This document shows positions 22,233 through 31,141 of a DNA stretch of 64,000 nt, one piece after another. Source of the stretch: Nitrospirota bacterium (GTDB lineage Bacteria > JACPQY01); contig JACPAV010000004.1 of NCBI GenBank assembly GCA_016180645.1, positions 95,544 through 159,543 on the forward strand, written 5' to 3'. Each line of letters opens with the position of its first letter. Within the stretch, counting starts at the first letter, position 1. The translations under genes and the position numbers were made by a program. The notes below the pieces were generated by a model. The model searched no databases. It was not told the origin of the DNA and saw only the letters and a program-made list of their open reading frames with translations.

Positions 22233-23979
22233 CGCCGCGGAGGGGAAAGCCCCCCACGGCGATCCCGCGCCGGGGTCGCCCGCCCGCGCCGCCGTGAATG
22301 CCGCGCCTCCCACCGTGCGCTTCGGGCTTCGCGCAAAATTCTCCCTTTTCATGGCTGGCTTCACGGCGGTCCTCGTCGGGTTGATGGCGGCCTTGGTCAT
22401 GCGACATGAGTCGCGTCTGCTCGAGCGCGAACTGCGATCAAGGGCGCAACTCGTGGGGCATTACCTGGCGGAGAACAGCCGGGATGCGCTCCTCATTCCC
22501 GACGACCTGAACTTGAAGCTGGCGCTCGATTCGTTCGTGGCCTCTCTCTCCAAAGAGGAAGACGTTCTGTTCGCCAACGTCCTTAACCACCAAAACGAGA
22601 TCGTGGTTCCCATGTCGGAAGAGGGCGCGGCGAAGCGGTATGTCGAACCGCCGGGGGTTCAAGCCCGAGCATCAGCGGGAGTCGCCGAGGTGGAGGTGGC
22701 GCGGTGGGGCCGCATCTACCTCGTTGCCGCACCAGTGGCGGAGGGGGGAAAAACCATCGGCAGCGTGCGCGTCGGATTCAGCCGGGAAAAAATTCGCAAG
22801 GCTATTCGGGAATCGCTGGCCGTCCTCGGCGCCATCCTGGCCGTCCTTCTCGTGTTCGGCTTGGTCGCGGCGACTTCCCTGGGCCGTTTGCTTTCGACGC
22901 CGATCATCCGCATCTCTCAGACCTTGGAAAAAGTAGGGCGGGGCGACCTCAACGTCCGCGTATCGCAGAAAGGGCGGGATGAACTCGGTCAACTGGCCCT
23001 CACGGTCAACACCATGATCCAAGGCCTTCAGGAGAAAGAACTGATGCGCGATGCCTTCGGGAGCTACGTCGCTCACGAAGTGGCCGATGAGATACTCAAG
23101 AAGAAGAACAAGCTCCTCGGGGAGAATGTCGAAATCACGGTGCTGTTCTCCGACATCCGAAACTTCACCCCGCTGAGCGAATCCATGGACGCGCCCAGGC
23201 TGGTTGGCCTCCTCAACCGTTATTTCACTCGCATGGTAGAGGTTATCCACGCACACGGCGGGATCGTGGACAAGTTCATCGGCGACGCCATCATGGCCAT
23301 CTACGGGGCGCCCCTTCCGAAGCCCGATCACGCCGAGCGCGCGGTGCAGACGGCGGTGGACATGATCGCCGCACTCAAGGAATTGAACGCTCATCTCAAC
23401 GGCGATGGTCTGCCCACGCTCCGGATCGGTGTGGGCATCGCCACGGGGCCGGTGGTTGCCGGAAGCATCGGATCGCAGGATCGGATGCAGTACACCGTCA
23501 TCGGCGACGACGTGATCCTCGCCTGGCGACTTCAGGATCTCACCAAGGCGCTGAAGGCTCAGATCCTCATTTCATCAAGGACGAAGGCTTTGATTTCCGC
23601 AGGCTTTGCCACGCGTCTCCACCCGGCCCAGTCGGTGAAAGGGAAAAAAGCCGCCACTGATGTATATGAAATTCTTCCGGAGGGGGAGGGCGCGGCCGTG
23701 ACTCCGACCCCTGAAGTTGAGCCCGTGATCAGTCCGGACGATTCGCCGTCTCGCACCGTTTCGGAATCGGGCGCCCGTTCCGAGTACGAAAAGGCCAAAT
23801 CCCGGCTGGCGGAGTGGCAGAAACGATTGCCCAACCCCATGGCCGATCCCACTTTTGCCAAGTCTGTCGCCCTGCTGCGGGAGGCCAAGGATCTCTATTT
23901 GAGGAAGGACTACGGAGCCTGCGTGGAAGCTTCGCGGCAGGTCACGCAGAACTTTCGAGCTGATTCAGGAGCGAATTGA
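22213..23979 (+). CDS. Membrane HAMP-domain class III adenylate/guanylate cyclase (start 22180 or 22213)
   Basis: Two TM helices, periplasmic domain, HAMP (RDELGQLA), VLFSDIRNFT, DKFIGDAIMA, YTVIGD. Confidence 0.9.
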   Translation: MKPRPGSAAEGKAPHGDPAPGSPARAAVNAAPPTVRFGLRAKFSLFMAGFTAVLVGLMAALVMRHESRLLERELRSRAQLVGHYLAENSRDALLIPDDLNLKLALDSFVASLSKEEDVLFANVLNHQNEIVVPMSEEGAAKRYVEPPGVQARASAGVAEVEVARWGRIYLVAAPVAEGGKTIGSVRVGFSREKIRKAIRESLAVLGAILAVLLVFGLVAATSLGRLLSTPIIRISQTLEKVGRGDLNVRVSQKGRDELGQLALTVNTMIQGLQEKELMRDAFGSYVAHEVADEILKKKNKLLGENVEITVLFSDIRNFTPLSESMDAPRLVGLLNRYFTRMVEVIHAHGGIVDKFIGDAIMAIYGAPLPKPDHAERAVQTAVDMIAALKELNAHLNGDGLPTLRIGVGIATGPVVAGSIGSQDRMQYTVIGDDVILAWRLQDLTKALKAQILISSRTKALISAGFATRLHPAQSVKGKKAATDVYEILPEGEGAAVTPTPEVEPVISPDDSPSRTVSESGARSEYEKAKSRLAEWQKRLPNPMADPTFAKSVALLREAKDLYLRKDYGACVEASRQVTQNFRADSGAN

Positions 23980-24082
23980 AGCGCGTTAAGGCGGCCGGGA
24001 GTTCGCGGTAGATGCGATCCGCGAATCGATCAACCGCTTGGCGAAGTGCCGAGCGCTGCCAGCGCAGTCGGTCAGCGGTCAT
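23942..24082 (-). pseudogene. Internally deleted HEPN (nucleotidyltransferase substrate-binding, HI0074-like) toxin remnant
   Basis: 46-aa ORF MTADRLRWQRSALRQAVDRF-ADRIYRELPAALTRFNSLLNQLESSA, coupled to the MNT gene; HEPN-like N- and C-terminal helices but no RxxxxH core. Confidence 0.6.
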
Positions 24083-24368
24083 TCAGCGGCCGGCCGGTGG
24101 TGAGGACGGCCTCTCGAAACGATGGGGAAACGTTCCCGAGATCGACCAAATCAACCTTCTGGAGGATCGGAAGGTCCTCCAGGTCGCCGCGGATGCCGGA
24201 CAACACGGCGAGATCAATGGGGTGGTCCGCCCAAATGCCCACGTCATAGTCCGATCGGACCGTAGCCCCTCCCACTGCGCGGGATCCAAACAGAAACAGA
24301 CGGTAGGGCTGCGAGGGCATCCTGTGCGCCACCACCGCGGCGATTTGGCGTTCCGGGTCCATAGTCAT
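24072..24368 (-). CDS. Minimal nucleotidyltransferase (MNT) antitoxin
   Basis: LFLFGSRA.G.....SDYDVG and KVDLVD. Confidence 0.85.
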   Translation of the reverse strand: MTMDPERQIAAVVAHRMPSQPYRLFLFGSRAVGGATVRSDYDVGIWADHPIDLAVLSGIRGDLEDLPILQKVDLVDLGNVSPSFREAVLTTGRPLNDR

Positions 24369-24680
24369 TCCGGCATTGTATCACAGCTCCCACCCCGCAT
24401 TCAGCGAGGTCGTCAGGCGCGTGTGACACGGTGGAAGGACTTCGGGATTCGATGCGCGGCCAGTCCGCCCGGAGGGCGGATCTGCGGATCACACGGGCAT
24501 CGGCAGGGCGCCGGTGGCACCCCGCCCCGGTGGCCCGAACTCGCCCGGCGTTGCGCTTCGGCGGAGCCGATTCGGTTTCAAATCGCCAGGGTTGTCCGTT
24601 GTCTATTGACCCCCCCCCCGTTTCCACTTGATCGCTCGGCCGACGCCGTTGCGGCGTCGAGAAAAATGCAGCCTCATCGG

Positions 24681-26579
24681 CTAGTGCACGTCCAGAGTTT
24701 CGCGGACTTTTTGGGAGAGGAGATCGAGGCTGAAGGGCTTTTGGAGAAACGCGGCGCCAGGCTCGATACCCTCCAACGAGGCTGCGCCCCGCTCGGTGTA
24801 GCCGGACATGTACAGCACGCGGATCTCCGGTCGGAGTTTCCGGATACTCACCGCCAACTCGCGTCCGTTCATTACCGGCATGACCACATCCGTCAGCAGC
24901 AGGTGAATCCTCCCCGCCTGGCTCTCGACCAGCTTGATGGCCGATGGCCCATCCGCCGATTCCAGCACCGTGTAACCCTTCGTCCGCAACAACTGGCGGG
25001 TCAGGTCTCGAACCATTTCGTCATCCTCGACGAGCAGAATCGTCTCGTTCCCACCGGCGGCGCTCCGCTTCACTCCCGGAACTTCCGAAGGGAGGGCGTC
25101 GCCCGCGAGGGGGAGGTAGACTTTGAAGGTCGATCCCTTTCCGCGTTCGCTGTAGGCCCCGACATTCCCGCCCGCCTGCCGGACGATGCCGTACACGGTG
25201 GCCAGCCCCAGCCCGGTTCCTTCCCCCGGCGCCTTGGTCGTAAAAAACGGCTCGAAGAGATGGGCCATGACTTCCGGCGTCATCCCGAGGCCGGTATCGC
25301 TCACGGAGAGCATCACGTAGGGGCCCGGACGAGCTCCTTCATGTTCCCGCGTGTAGGCCTCATCCAGATCCACGTTCGTCGTGCCCACTTGGATTCGGCC
25401 GCCGGTCGGCATGGCGTCACGGGCGTTGACGGCGAGGTTCATGACGACCTGCTCCAACTGACCAGGGTCGATTCGCACCTTCGCGCGATGCGCCTTGAGA
25501 TCGGTGGCCAGGTCCAAATCCTCTCCGATCAGTCGTTTGAGCATTTGGGCAATGGCTTTCAGCGATTCGTTCAGGTCGACCACTTTGGGTCGGATGACCT
25601 GCTGTCGGCTGAAGGCGAGCAGTTGGCGCGTGAGGGAAGCGGCGCGGACGCCCGCCGCTCGCACCCCTTCGATATCCTTTCGGATGGGATCATCCTGACG
25701 CATCGTGCGGAGTATGATTTCGGTGTGACCCAGAATCACGGTCAGAAGATTGTTGAAATCGTGAGCCACGCCGCCGGCCAATCGGCCCACCGCCTCCATT
25801 TTCTGGGCCTGCCGGAGCTGGGCCTCGAGACTGCCGCGCTCCGAAGTATCCATGAACGCCACCACGGCTCCCCGCACGACCCCATCCTCCCGCATCGGAG
25901 TGCAGATGAATTCGACGGGCAGGGGGGTCCCGTCCTTTTTCCAATAGACCTCGTTCCGGCCACGTCGGGTCTGGCCCTTCCGCAGCACATTTAGGATCGG
26001 GCACTGGTCCGCCGGGTAAGGCGATCCATCGACGTGGGAGTGGTGGACCGTGGCGTGCAGGGGCCGGCCGCACAGCTCGTCCTCTTCATACCCGAGCAAG
26101 TTTGCCGCCGCAGGGTTCACCAGCGTGATGGCCCCGGTCAGGTCGATGCCCACGATCCCTTCGCCGACGGAGTCGAGTACCAGCCGGTTCTGCTTCCGGA
26201 GGGATTCGGCTTCCCGGTGCGCCTGACTTTCGGATCTTCGAGTGCGTACTTCCCTGTAGAGGTCACGCATCCAGCCGGAGCCCACGCCGACGACGATCCA
26301 GCTCACGATGGCCGGCCACGCTTCCGTGAAAACGCCGACGGCTTTCACGCCATGACTCTGGAAAAGCCAGGCATTGAGGGGGACAGCCAGTACTCCGGCC
26401 GCGAGCCCGCCTCTCCATCCGAATAGGAAAGCCGTGACGAGGATGGGGAGATTGACCAGGGCAGCCGTGGCGTCCCCCACCCTCGGATAGAAAAAGGCGA
26501 AGAGGGCCACGTACGCCCCGGCGGCAGCCACCGAGGCCGCCCATCGGCGAAGGGGGCGGGTGGGAGGACTCTCTGTCAT
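24681..26579 (-). CDS. Membrane PAS hybrid sensor histidine kinase (CckA-like) with receiver domain
   Basis: PAS domain; QKMEAVGRLAGGVAHDFNNLL; NARDAM; GTGLGL; LLLTDVVMP; KPF. Confidence 0.95.
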   Translation of the reverse strand: MTESPPTRPLRRWAASVAAAGAYVALFAFFYPRVGDATAALVNLPILVTAFLFGWRGGLAAGVLAVPLNAWLFQSHGVKAVGVFTEAWPAIVSWIVVGVGSGWMRDLYREVRTRRSESQAHREAESLRKQNRLVLDSVGEGIVGIDLTGAITLVNPAAANLLGYEEDELCGRPLHATVHHSHVDGSPYPADQCPILNVLRKGQTRRGRNEVYWKKDGTPLPVEFICTPMREDGVVRGAVVAFMDTSERGSLEAQLRQAQKMEAVGRLAGGVAHDFNNLLTVILGHTEIILRTMRQDDPIRKDIEGVRAAGVRAASLTRQLLAFSRQQVIRPKVVDLNESLKAIAQMLKRLIGEDLDLATDLKAHRAKVRIDPGQLEQVVMNLAVNARDAMPTGGRIQVGTTNVDLDEAYTREHEGARPGPYVMLSVSDTGLGMTPEVMAHLFEPFFTTKAPGEGTGLGLATVYGIVRQAGGNVGAYSERGKGSTFKVYLPLAGDALPSEVPGVKRSAAGGNETILLVEDDEMVRDLTRQLLRTKGYTVLESADGPSAIKLVESQAGRIHLLLTDVVMPVMNGRELAVSIRKLRPEIRVLYMSGYTERGAASLEGIEPGAAFLQKPFSLDLLSQKVRETLDVH

Positions 26580-26708
26580 GTCGGACCCTTCATAACGCCA
26601 AAATCGGAAAATGCCAACAGGGAGTCACCCCAGCCATGGAGGGCGAGCGCCGAAGATCGGCGGCACGAGCCCCATTCCTCACCTATCGAGGCTAAACCTC
26701 CACAGCGG

Positions 26709-26800
26709 CTATCGAGGCCATGGTCCATGCCGTGCCCTCCATGGCACGGCGACATTGCATGGCCCCATACCGTCCTCGACATGGGGTTTAGCCTCGATAG
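26709..26800. repeat. Structured ~90-bp palindromic element, copy 1 (intergenic)
   Basis: Same core sequence and stem layout as 53161-53247. Confidence 0.75.
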
Positions 26801-26820
26801 AATTATGGTAGAATCCGCGG

Positions 26821-27482
26821 ATGCTTGCCGCCGTTACTCGCTGGTTCCAGGAATCCCTCCTGCCGTGGCTGGGTGCCTTGTTGATTCGATCCTTGCGGCT
26901 CACGCTCCGGTTGCACATCGCCGGCGAGGAGCACGTGCGGCCCTACATGGAGCGGAACAGGCCCATCATCATCGCCTTCTGGCACGGCCAGCTTTTGATG
27001 ATGCCCTATGCCTATGCGAATCGACAGGCGTCGGTTCTGGTCAGTGAGCACCGCGACGGGCGTCTGATCGGAAACGTCATTCGCCACTGGGGTTTCAATG
27101 TAGCGCACGGGTCCCGCACGCGGGGGGGACTCGGCGGCTTCATGTCCCTCGTCCGCTCCCTCAAACACGGCGTAACGGTTGCGATTACGCCGGACGGCCC
27201 ACGCGGGCCGGCTCGTAGAGCCGACCCCGGCACGATCATGCTGGGCAAGGCCGCCGAGGTGCCCATTCTTCCCCTGGCGTTCGGTTGCTCAAAAAAAAAG
27301 TCCTCCGCACGTGGGACGGCTTCACCCTTCCCCTTCCATTCTCCCGCGCCGTGCTTCTCTGGGGCGAACCCCTAGTCGTTTCCAAGAACGCCGGGAAAGA
27401 AGATCTCGAAATCGCTCGCGGACGCCTGGAGAGGGCCCTGAACGAGCTCACGTCCAAGGCTGACTCCCTGTGCCGATCCTGA
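26821..27482 (+). CDS. DUF374-type lysophospholipid acyltransferase family protein, split by a -1 frameshift at an A9 run
   Basis: FWHGQLL, SEHRDG, GSRTRGG, TPDGPRGP in frame 1; the family-type tail TWDGFTLPLPFSR..WGEP lies in the -1 frame after 27291-27299. Confidence 0.8.
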
Positions 27483-28780
27483 TTTTCGCGTACAACGTTC
27501 TTTGGGGCCTCGCCCTGGTGCTGCTCCTGCCGGCCTGGTGTTTCGCCGCGCTTTTCTCATCCAAACTCCGGAAGGAATTGGTGGGGCGATTCGACGTCCT
27601 GAGAACGCTCGATCCTGGTTCGCTCGACCTCCAGGCCGGTGGATTCTGGGTTCACGCGGCGAGCGTGGGGGAGGTGGTCACCGTGATGCCGCTCCTCCGC
27701 CAATTGGAGGCGCGCGGCCGCGCGTGCTCGCTCCTCACCACGTCCACCTTGAGAGGATCCGAAATGGGCAGACGCGAATCCCGCGGCCGGTTTCCCTCCC
27801 TCGTCCTACCGCCCGATCTCTATCCGCTTGTTCGGCTCCTCTTCGCAGCCGCCCGCCCGAAGGCGCTCATCCTGGTCAACAGCGAATTCTGGCTGAATCT
27901 GATTTATCTCGCCCACGTTCGGCGGGTCCCGGTCCTCCTCGTCAACGGGAAACTCTCCGAGCGTTCGTTCCGGTCTTTCATGCGCTTCCGGTTCCTCCTC
28001 GCGCCGATCTTTCTGGTCCCCCGGCTATACTTGGTGAGAACCGTGGAGGATCGCGACCGCTTCTGCGCGCTGGGGGTGCCCGCGGAGCGGGTTCACGTGG
28101 TGGGAAGCCTCCGGTTTGCGGCCGCTGTCCAACGGGTGCGGCAGGGGTCGCCGGATTCTTCTCCGCTGGCGTGGCTTTCCACGCACAAGTTCGTGATCGG
28201 CGGCAGTACGCGTGCCGGGGAAGAACCGGTTCTCCTCGACGCCTTCGCAAAGCTCCGAAAAAGTTTCGACGACCTCAAGCTCATGATCGTCCCCCGCGAG
28301 TTGGAGAGAGTAGGGGAGATTGTACGGATGGCCACCGATCGGGGATTCGAACCGGTGCGCGCCTCCGGACTGATGGAGGCGGCCGGGTCCGCTCCTCCCT
28401 CCTGGACCGCACCCGTGCTGATCTGGGATCGATTCGGCGAACTGGCCCATCTTTATCCGCATGCCCGATTGGCGTTCGTCGGCGCCAGCCTTGTGAATCT
28501 GGGCGGCCACAATCCTCTCGAGAGTGCCCTCTGGGGAGTTCCCACTTTGTTCGGTCCGTCGCGTTTCAACGTAGTGGAGGAGTGCCAATTCGCCGAATCG
28601 CGTGGTCTCGGCTACGTGATCCGGAACGCCGATGAGATGTCATCCACCGCCGAGCGGCTTTTGCGGGCCGGGAACGGCCGACCGGCCAACGATTCCTACC
28701 GCCTGTTGGAGGACGCCGAAGCGCACGCCGAGAGCCTCGAACGCACGCTGGAGAAGCTGCGGGCGTATCTTCCGGCTTGA
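27470..28780 (+). CDS. waaA: Kdo transferase
   Basis: WVHAASVGE, NGKLSERSF, GGSTRAGEE, FVGASLVNLGGHNPLE. Confidence 0.9.
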   Translation: MPILIFAYNVLWGLALVLLLPAWCFAALFSSKLRKELVGRFDVLRTLDPGSLDLQAGGFWVHAASVGEVVTVMPLLRQLEARGRACSLLTTSTLRGSEMGRRESRGRFPSLVLPPDLYPLVRLLFAAARPKALILVNSEFWLNLIYLAHVRRVPVLLVNGKLSERSFRSFMRFRFLLAPIFLVPRLYLVRTVEDRDRFCALGVPAERVHVVGSLRFAAAVQRVRQGSPDSSPLAWLSTHKFVIGGSTRAGEEPVLLDAFAKLRKSFDDLKLMIVPRELERVGEIVRMATDRGFEPVRASGLMEAAGSAPPSWTAPVLIWDRFGELAHLYPHARLAFVGASLVNLGGHNPLESALWGVPTLFGPSRFNVVEECQFAESRGLGYVIRNADEMSSTAERLLRAGNGRPANDSYRLLEDAEAHAESLERTLEKLRAYLPA

Positions 28781-28826
28781 CGGATCTCTTTCCCCATCTT
28801 GGGGCATGGGATACGATGCCCCCGCC

Positions 28827-29888
28827 ATGGCCGTGATGCGATCTCTTCTGCCGAGGCTCACTTCCATGAATGCCGTGAGCATCTGGCTTCTTCCCCTCTA
28901 CCTGCTTTATCGCGCGGGCTGGTGGATCCATTTCGCCTGGAAGAAGCTCGCCGCCCCCCCCTTGGTGGAGACCCGGGCGAAGGTCATTTCGATCGGCGGC
29001 GTCGAATGGGGCGGAAGCGCCAAGACCACGTTGGCCATCGAACTGGCCCGCTACCTCATCGGAAAGGGAAAGCGGGTGGCGGTCCTGTCGCGCGGGTACG
29101 GACGGTCTTCGGCTGGGGTCATGGAGGTTGATGCCGGGGACCCTCGGGCGGCGGAGATTTTCGGGGACGAGCCCACGCTCATCGCCAGAGAAGTGCCCGG
29201 CGCCGCGGTCTGGGTCGGCGCAGATCGCGCGGAGTCCGCGCGCGCCGCGGAAGGGGCCGGAGCCGTTGACGCGATCGTTTTGGATGATGGACTCCAAGTC
29301 ATGAGTCTCCGGAAGGATCTCGATATCGTCGCGCTTGATCCCGACCTGACTCTGCGATCTCCCGGATGGCTGAGGCAACTCTTTCTTAGAACTCCGCTTT
29401 GGATGGTCCGTGGCGCGCGTGTGAGAATCTACCTCGGCAGCACATCCCCCGGGCAAACGCCGGGCGTCCGAGGCCTTCGAGTGGGTTACCGCCTCCAAGG
29501 CATGATCAACCTGTGGACCGGCGACCCCGTGCCCCTCGAAGCGATGCACGGTGCCACGATCGTCCCGTTCTGCGGGATCGCGCGTCCGGATCGATTCATC
29601 GAAACTCTCCAGGAGGGGGGACTAAGCGTTGCAGGCTCCATGGTCTTTCCCGACCATCATCTGTATCGGCCGCGGGACTTCGATGCCCTGACCGCCCTGG
29701 CGGAAAATCAGGGCGCCACCACTCTTGTAACCACGACGAAAGACGCCATCCGCTTCACCCCCGTGCTCCGATCAAAAGGCGGGAACGACACCGGCCGGTA
29801 TCGATTCCTCGCGGCCCGGACTGAACTCTCCTGGCATCCCAATCGGTCGATGCTTGAAATCGAACTCGACTCGCTATGGAAATCGTGA
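28827..29888 (+). CDS. lpxK: Tetraacyldisaccharide 4'-kinase (start uncertain)
   Basis: VISIGG..GGSAKT, VLSRGYGR, GDEP, LDDGLQ, GIARPDRF, FPDHH, TTTKDA. Confidence 0.88.
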   Translation: MAVMRSLLPRLTSMNAVSIWLLPLYLLYRAGWWIHFAWKKLAAPPLVETRAKVISIGGVEWGGSAKTTLAIELARYLIGKGKRVAVLSRGYGRSSAGVMEVDAGDPRAAEIFGDEPTLIAREVPGAAVWVGADRAESARAAEGAGAVDAIVLDDGLQVMSLRKDLDIVALDPDLTLRSPGWLRQLFLRTPLWMVRGARVRIYLGSTSPGQTPGVRGLRVGYRLQGMINLWTGDPVPLEAMHGATIVPFCGIARPDRFIETLQEGGLSVAGSMVFPDHHLYRPRDFDALTALAENQGATTLVTTTKDAIRFTPVLRSKGGNDTGRYRFLAARTELSWHPNRSMLEIELDSLWKS

Positions 29889-30775
29889 GGCGCTCCCTCT
29901 GGCGGGTGGAATCGTACCTTCTGCAGGGCCTCCTGTGGTTTTTTCGTCTTCTTCCTTTGGCGGTCAGCCGATCGCTCGGCGCTGCTCTCGCGCGCGCTCT
30001 GTTTGGAATCGTTCCCTATCGAGTGAACATGATCGAGCGACACCTCGGCCAAGTGATTTCAGGTCGAGTGGAGTCCCGGCTCATGCGCCGGCGCGTCCTT
30101 TCCGGCGTGGGACACACCCTCGCCGAATACGCGCACCTGCCCAGGATCCGATCGGACAATCTGGAGCAGTACATCCGGTTTGAAAACGAACACCACTATG
30201 CCGAGGCGATACGAGCCGGAAAGGGCGTCATCGGATTCAGCGGACATTTTGCATGCTGGGAGTGGGTCGCCTGCCACACCCTCCGATATCCGACGATGAA
30301 CGTCGGCGTCATCGTGCGTCCCATCAAGAATCCGTATGTGGACCGGTACGTCAACTCTCTTCGCCGATCCAAAGGTCTCCAGGTGTTCGACATGAGGGAT
30401 TCCTTCAAGCCCATGCTCGGCCATCTACGAAACGGCGGCCACGTCGCGTTTTGGATCGACCAGAACTGCCTCCGTGGAGAGGGAATCTTTGTGGACTTCC
30501 TGGGAAGGCCGGCTTGCACATTCAAGGGGTTCAGCCTGCTTTCGCTGCGGTCCGGATCTCCGCTGATGCCCCTGTTCGCGCTCCGCGATCCGTCGGATGG
30601 ACGGATGATCATCCGCTACGAGCCGCCGATCTTCCCCTCTCGGGAGGGCGGCCTCGATCGGGCGACACACGACCTCACGCAGAGATGCACGGCGGTCATC
30701 GAGCGCTTCGTCCGTCAGTACCCCGAACAGTGGTTTTGGCTCCACAACCGCTGGAAAACCAAACCCGAGCCCTGA
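29876..30775 (+). CDS. lpxL: Lipid A late acyltransferase (HtrB/LpxL family)
   Basis: GHFACWE, IDQ, FVDFLG, PEQWFWLHNRWK. Confidence 0.88.
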   Translation: MEIVRRSLWRVESYLLQGLLWFFRLLPLAVSRSLGAALARALFGIVPYRVNMIERHLGQVISGRVESRLMRRRVLSGVGHTLAEYAHLPRIRSDNLEQYIRFENEHHYAEAIRAGKGVIGFSGHFACWEWVACHTLRYPTMNVGVIVRPIKNPYVDRYVNSLRRSKGLQVFDMRDSFKPMLGHLRNGGHVAFWIDQNCLRGEGIFVDFLGRPACTFKGFSLLSLRSGSPLMPLFALRDPSDGRMIIRYEPPIFPSREGGLDRATHDLTQRCTAVIERFVRQYPEQWFWLHNRWKTKPEP

Positions 30776-30814
30776 TACCATTCCAAGCCGGGGGACGGGA
30801 AACCGGAGGTGTTT

Positions 30815-31030
30815 ATGCAAGATTTCGGTCAAGAACTTCGAGCGATTCGCAAAGTTCTGTGGGTCCTGGCCGCGTTATGGCTGGTGCAGATCATTCTCAG
30901 CCACGGAACGGTCTTCGCACCCGGCAGCGTGGTCGCCGAAGAGCCTGAAAACACCGTCAGCGTCGACATCGTCAAGATTGCGGGCCACACGATCGTTGGG
31001 CGAAAACTGCCGGTCGAAACCCAGGAGTAG
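30815..31030 (+). CDS. Small membrane protein
   Basis: SD GGAGGT; one TM helix; the stop codon is supplied by the REP GTAG. Confidence 0.6.
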   Translation: MQDFGQELRAIRKVLWVLAALWLVQIILSHGTVFAPGSVVAEEPENTVSVDIVKIAGHTIVGRKLPVETQE

Positions 31031-31085
31031 GGGAGGGTCTTCAGACCCTCCCGGTGGGAGGGAGCATCTAAAGATGCTCCCCTAC
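31027..31085. repeat. GTAG-type REP doublet, copy 1 (59 bp)
   Basis: GTAGGGGAGGGTCTTCAGACCCTCCC-N7-GGGAGCATCTAAAGATGCTCCCCTAC; homolog at 51237-51295. Confidence 0.8.
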
Positions 31086-31141
31086 GATCCCCTCGTCGCT
31101 CGGAGCTAAAGGCCTCCGCCGGACCGTCCGATTTACCTCCT

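Noticed and set aside
24012-25994. 660-aa plus-strand ORF
   Set aside because: Antisense shadow of the histidine kinase, typical of GC-rich DNA; the same applies to 1747-2778, 45575-46591 and similar ORFs
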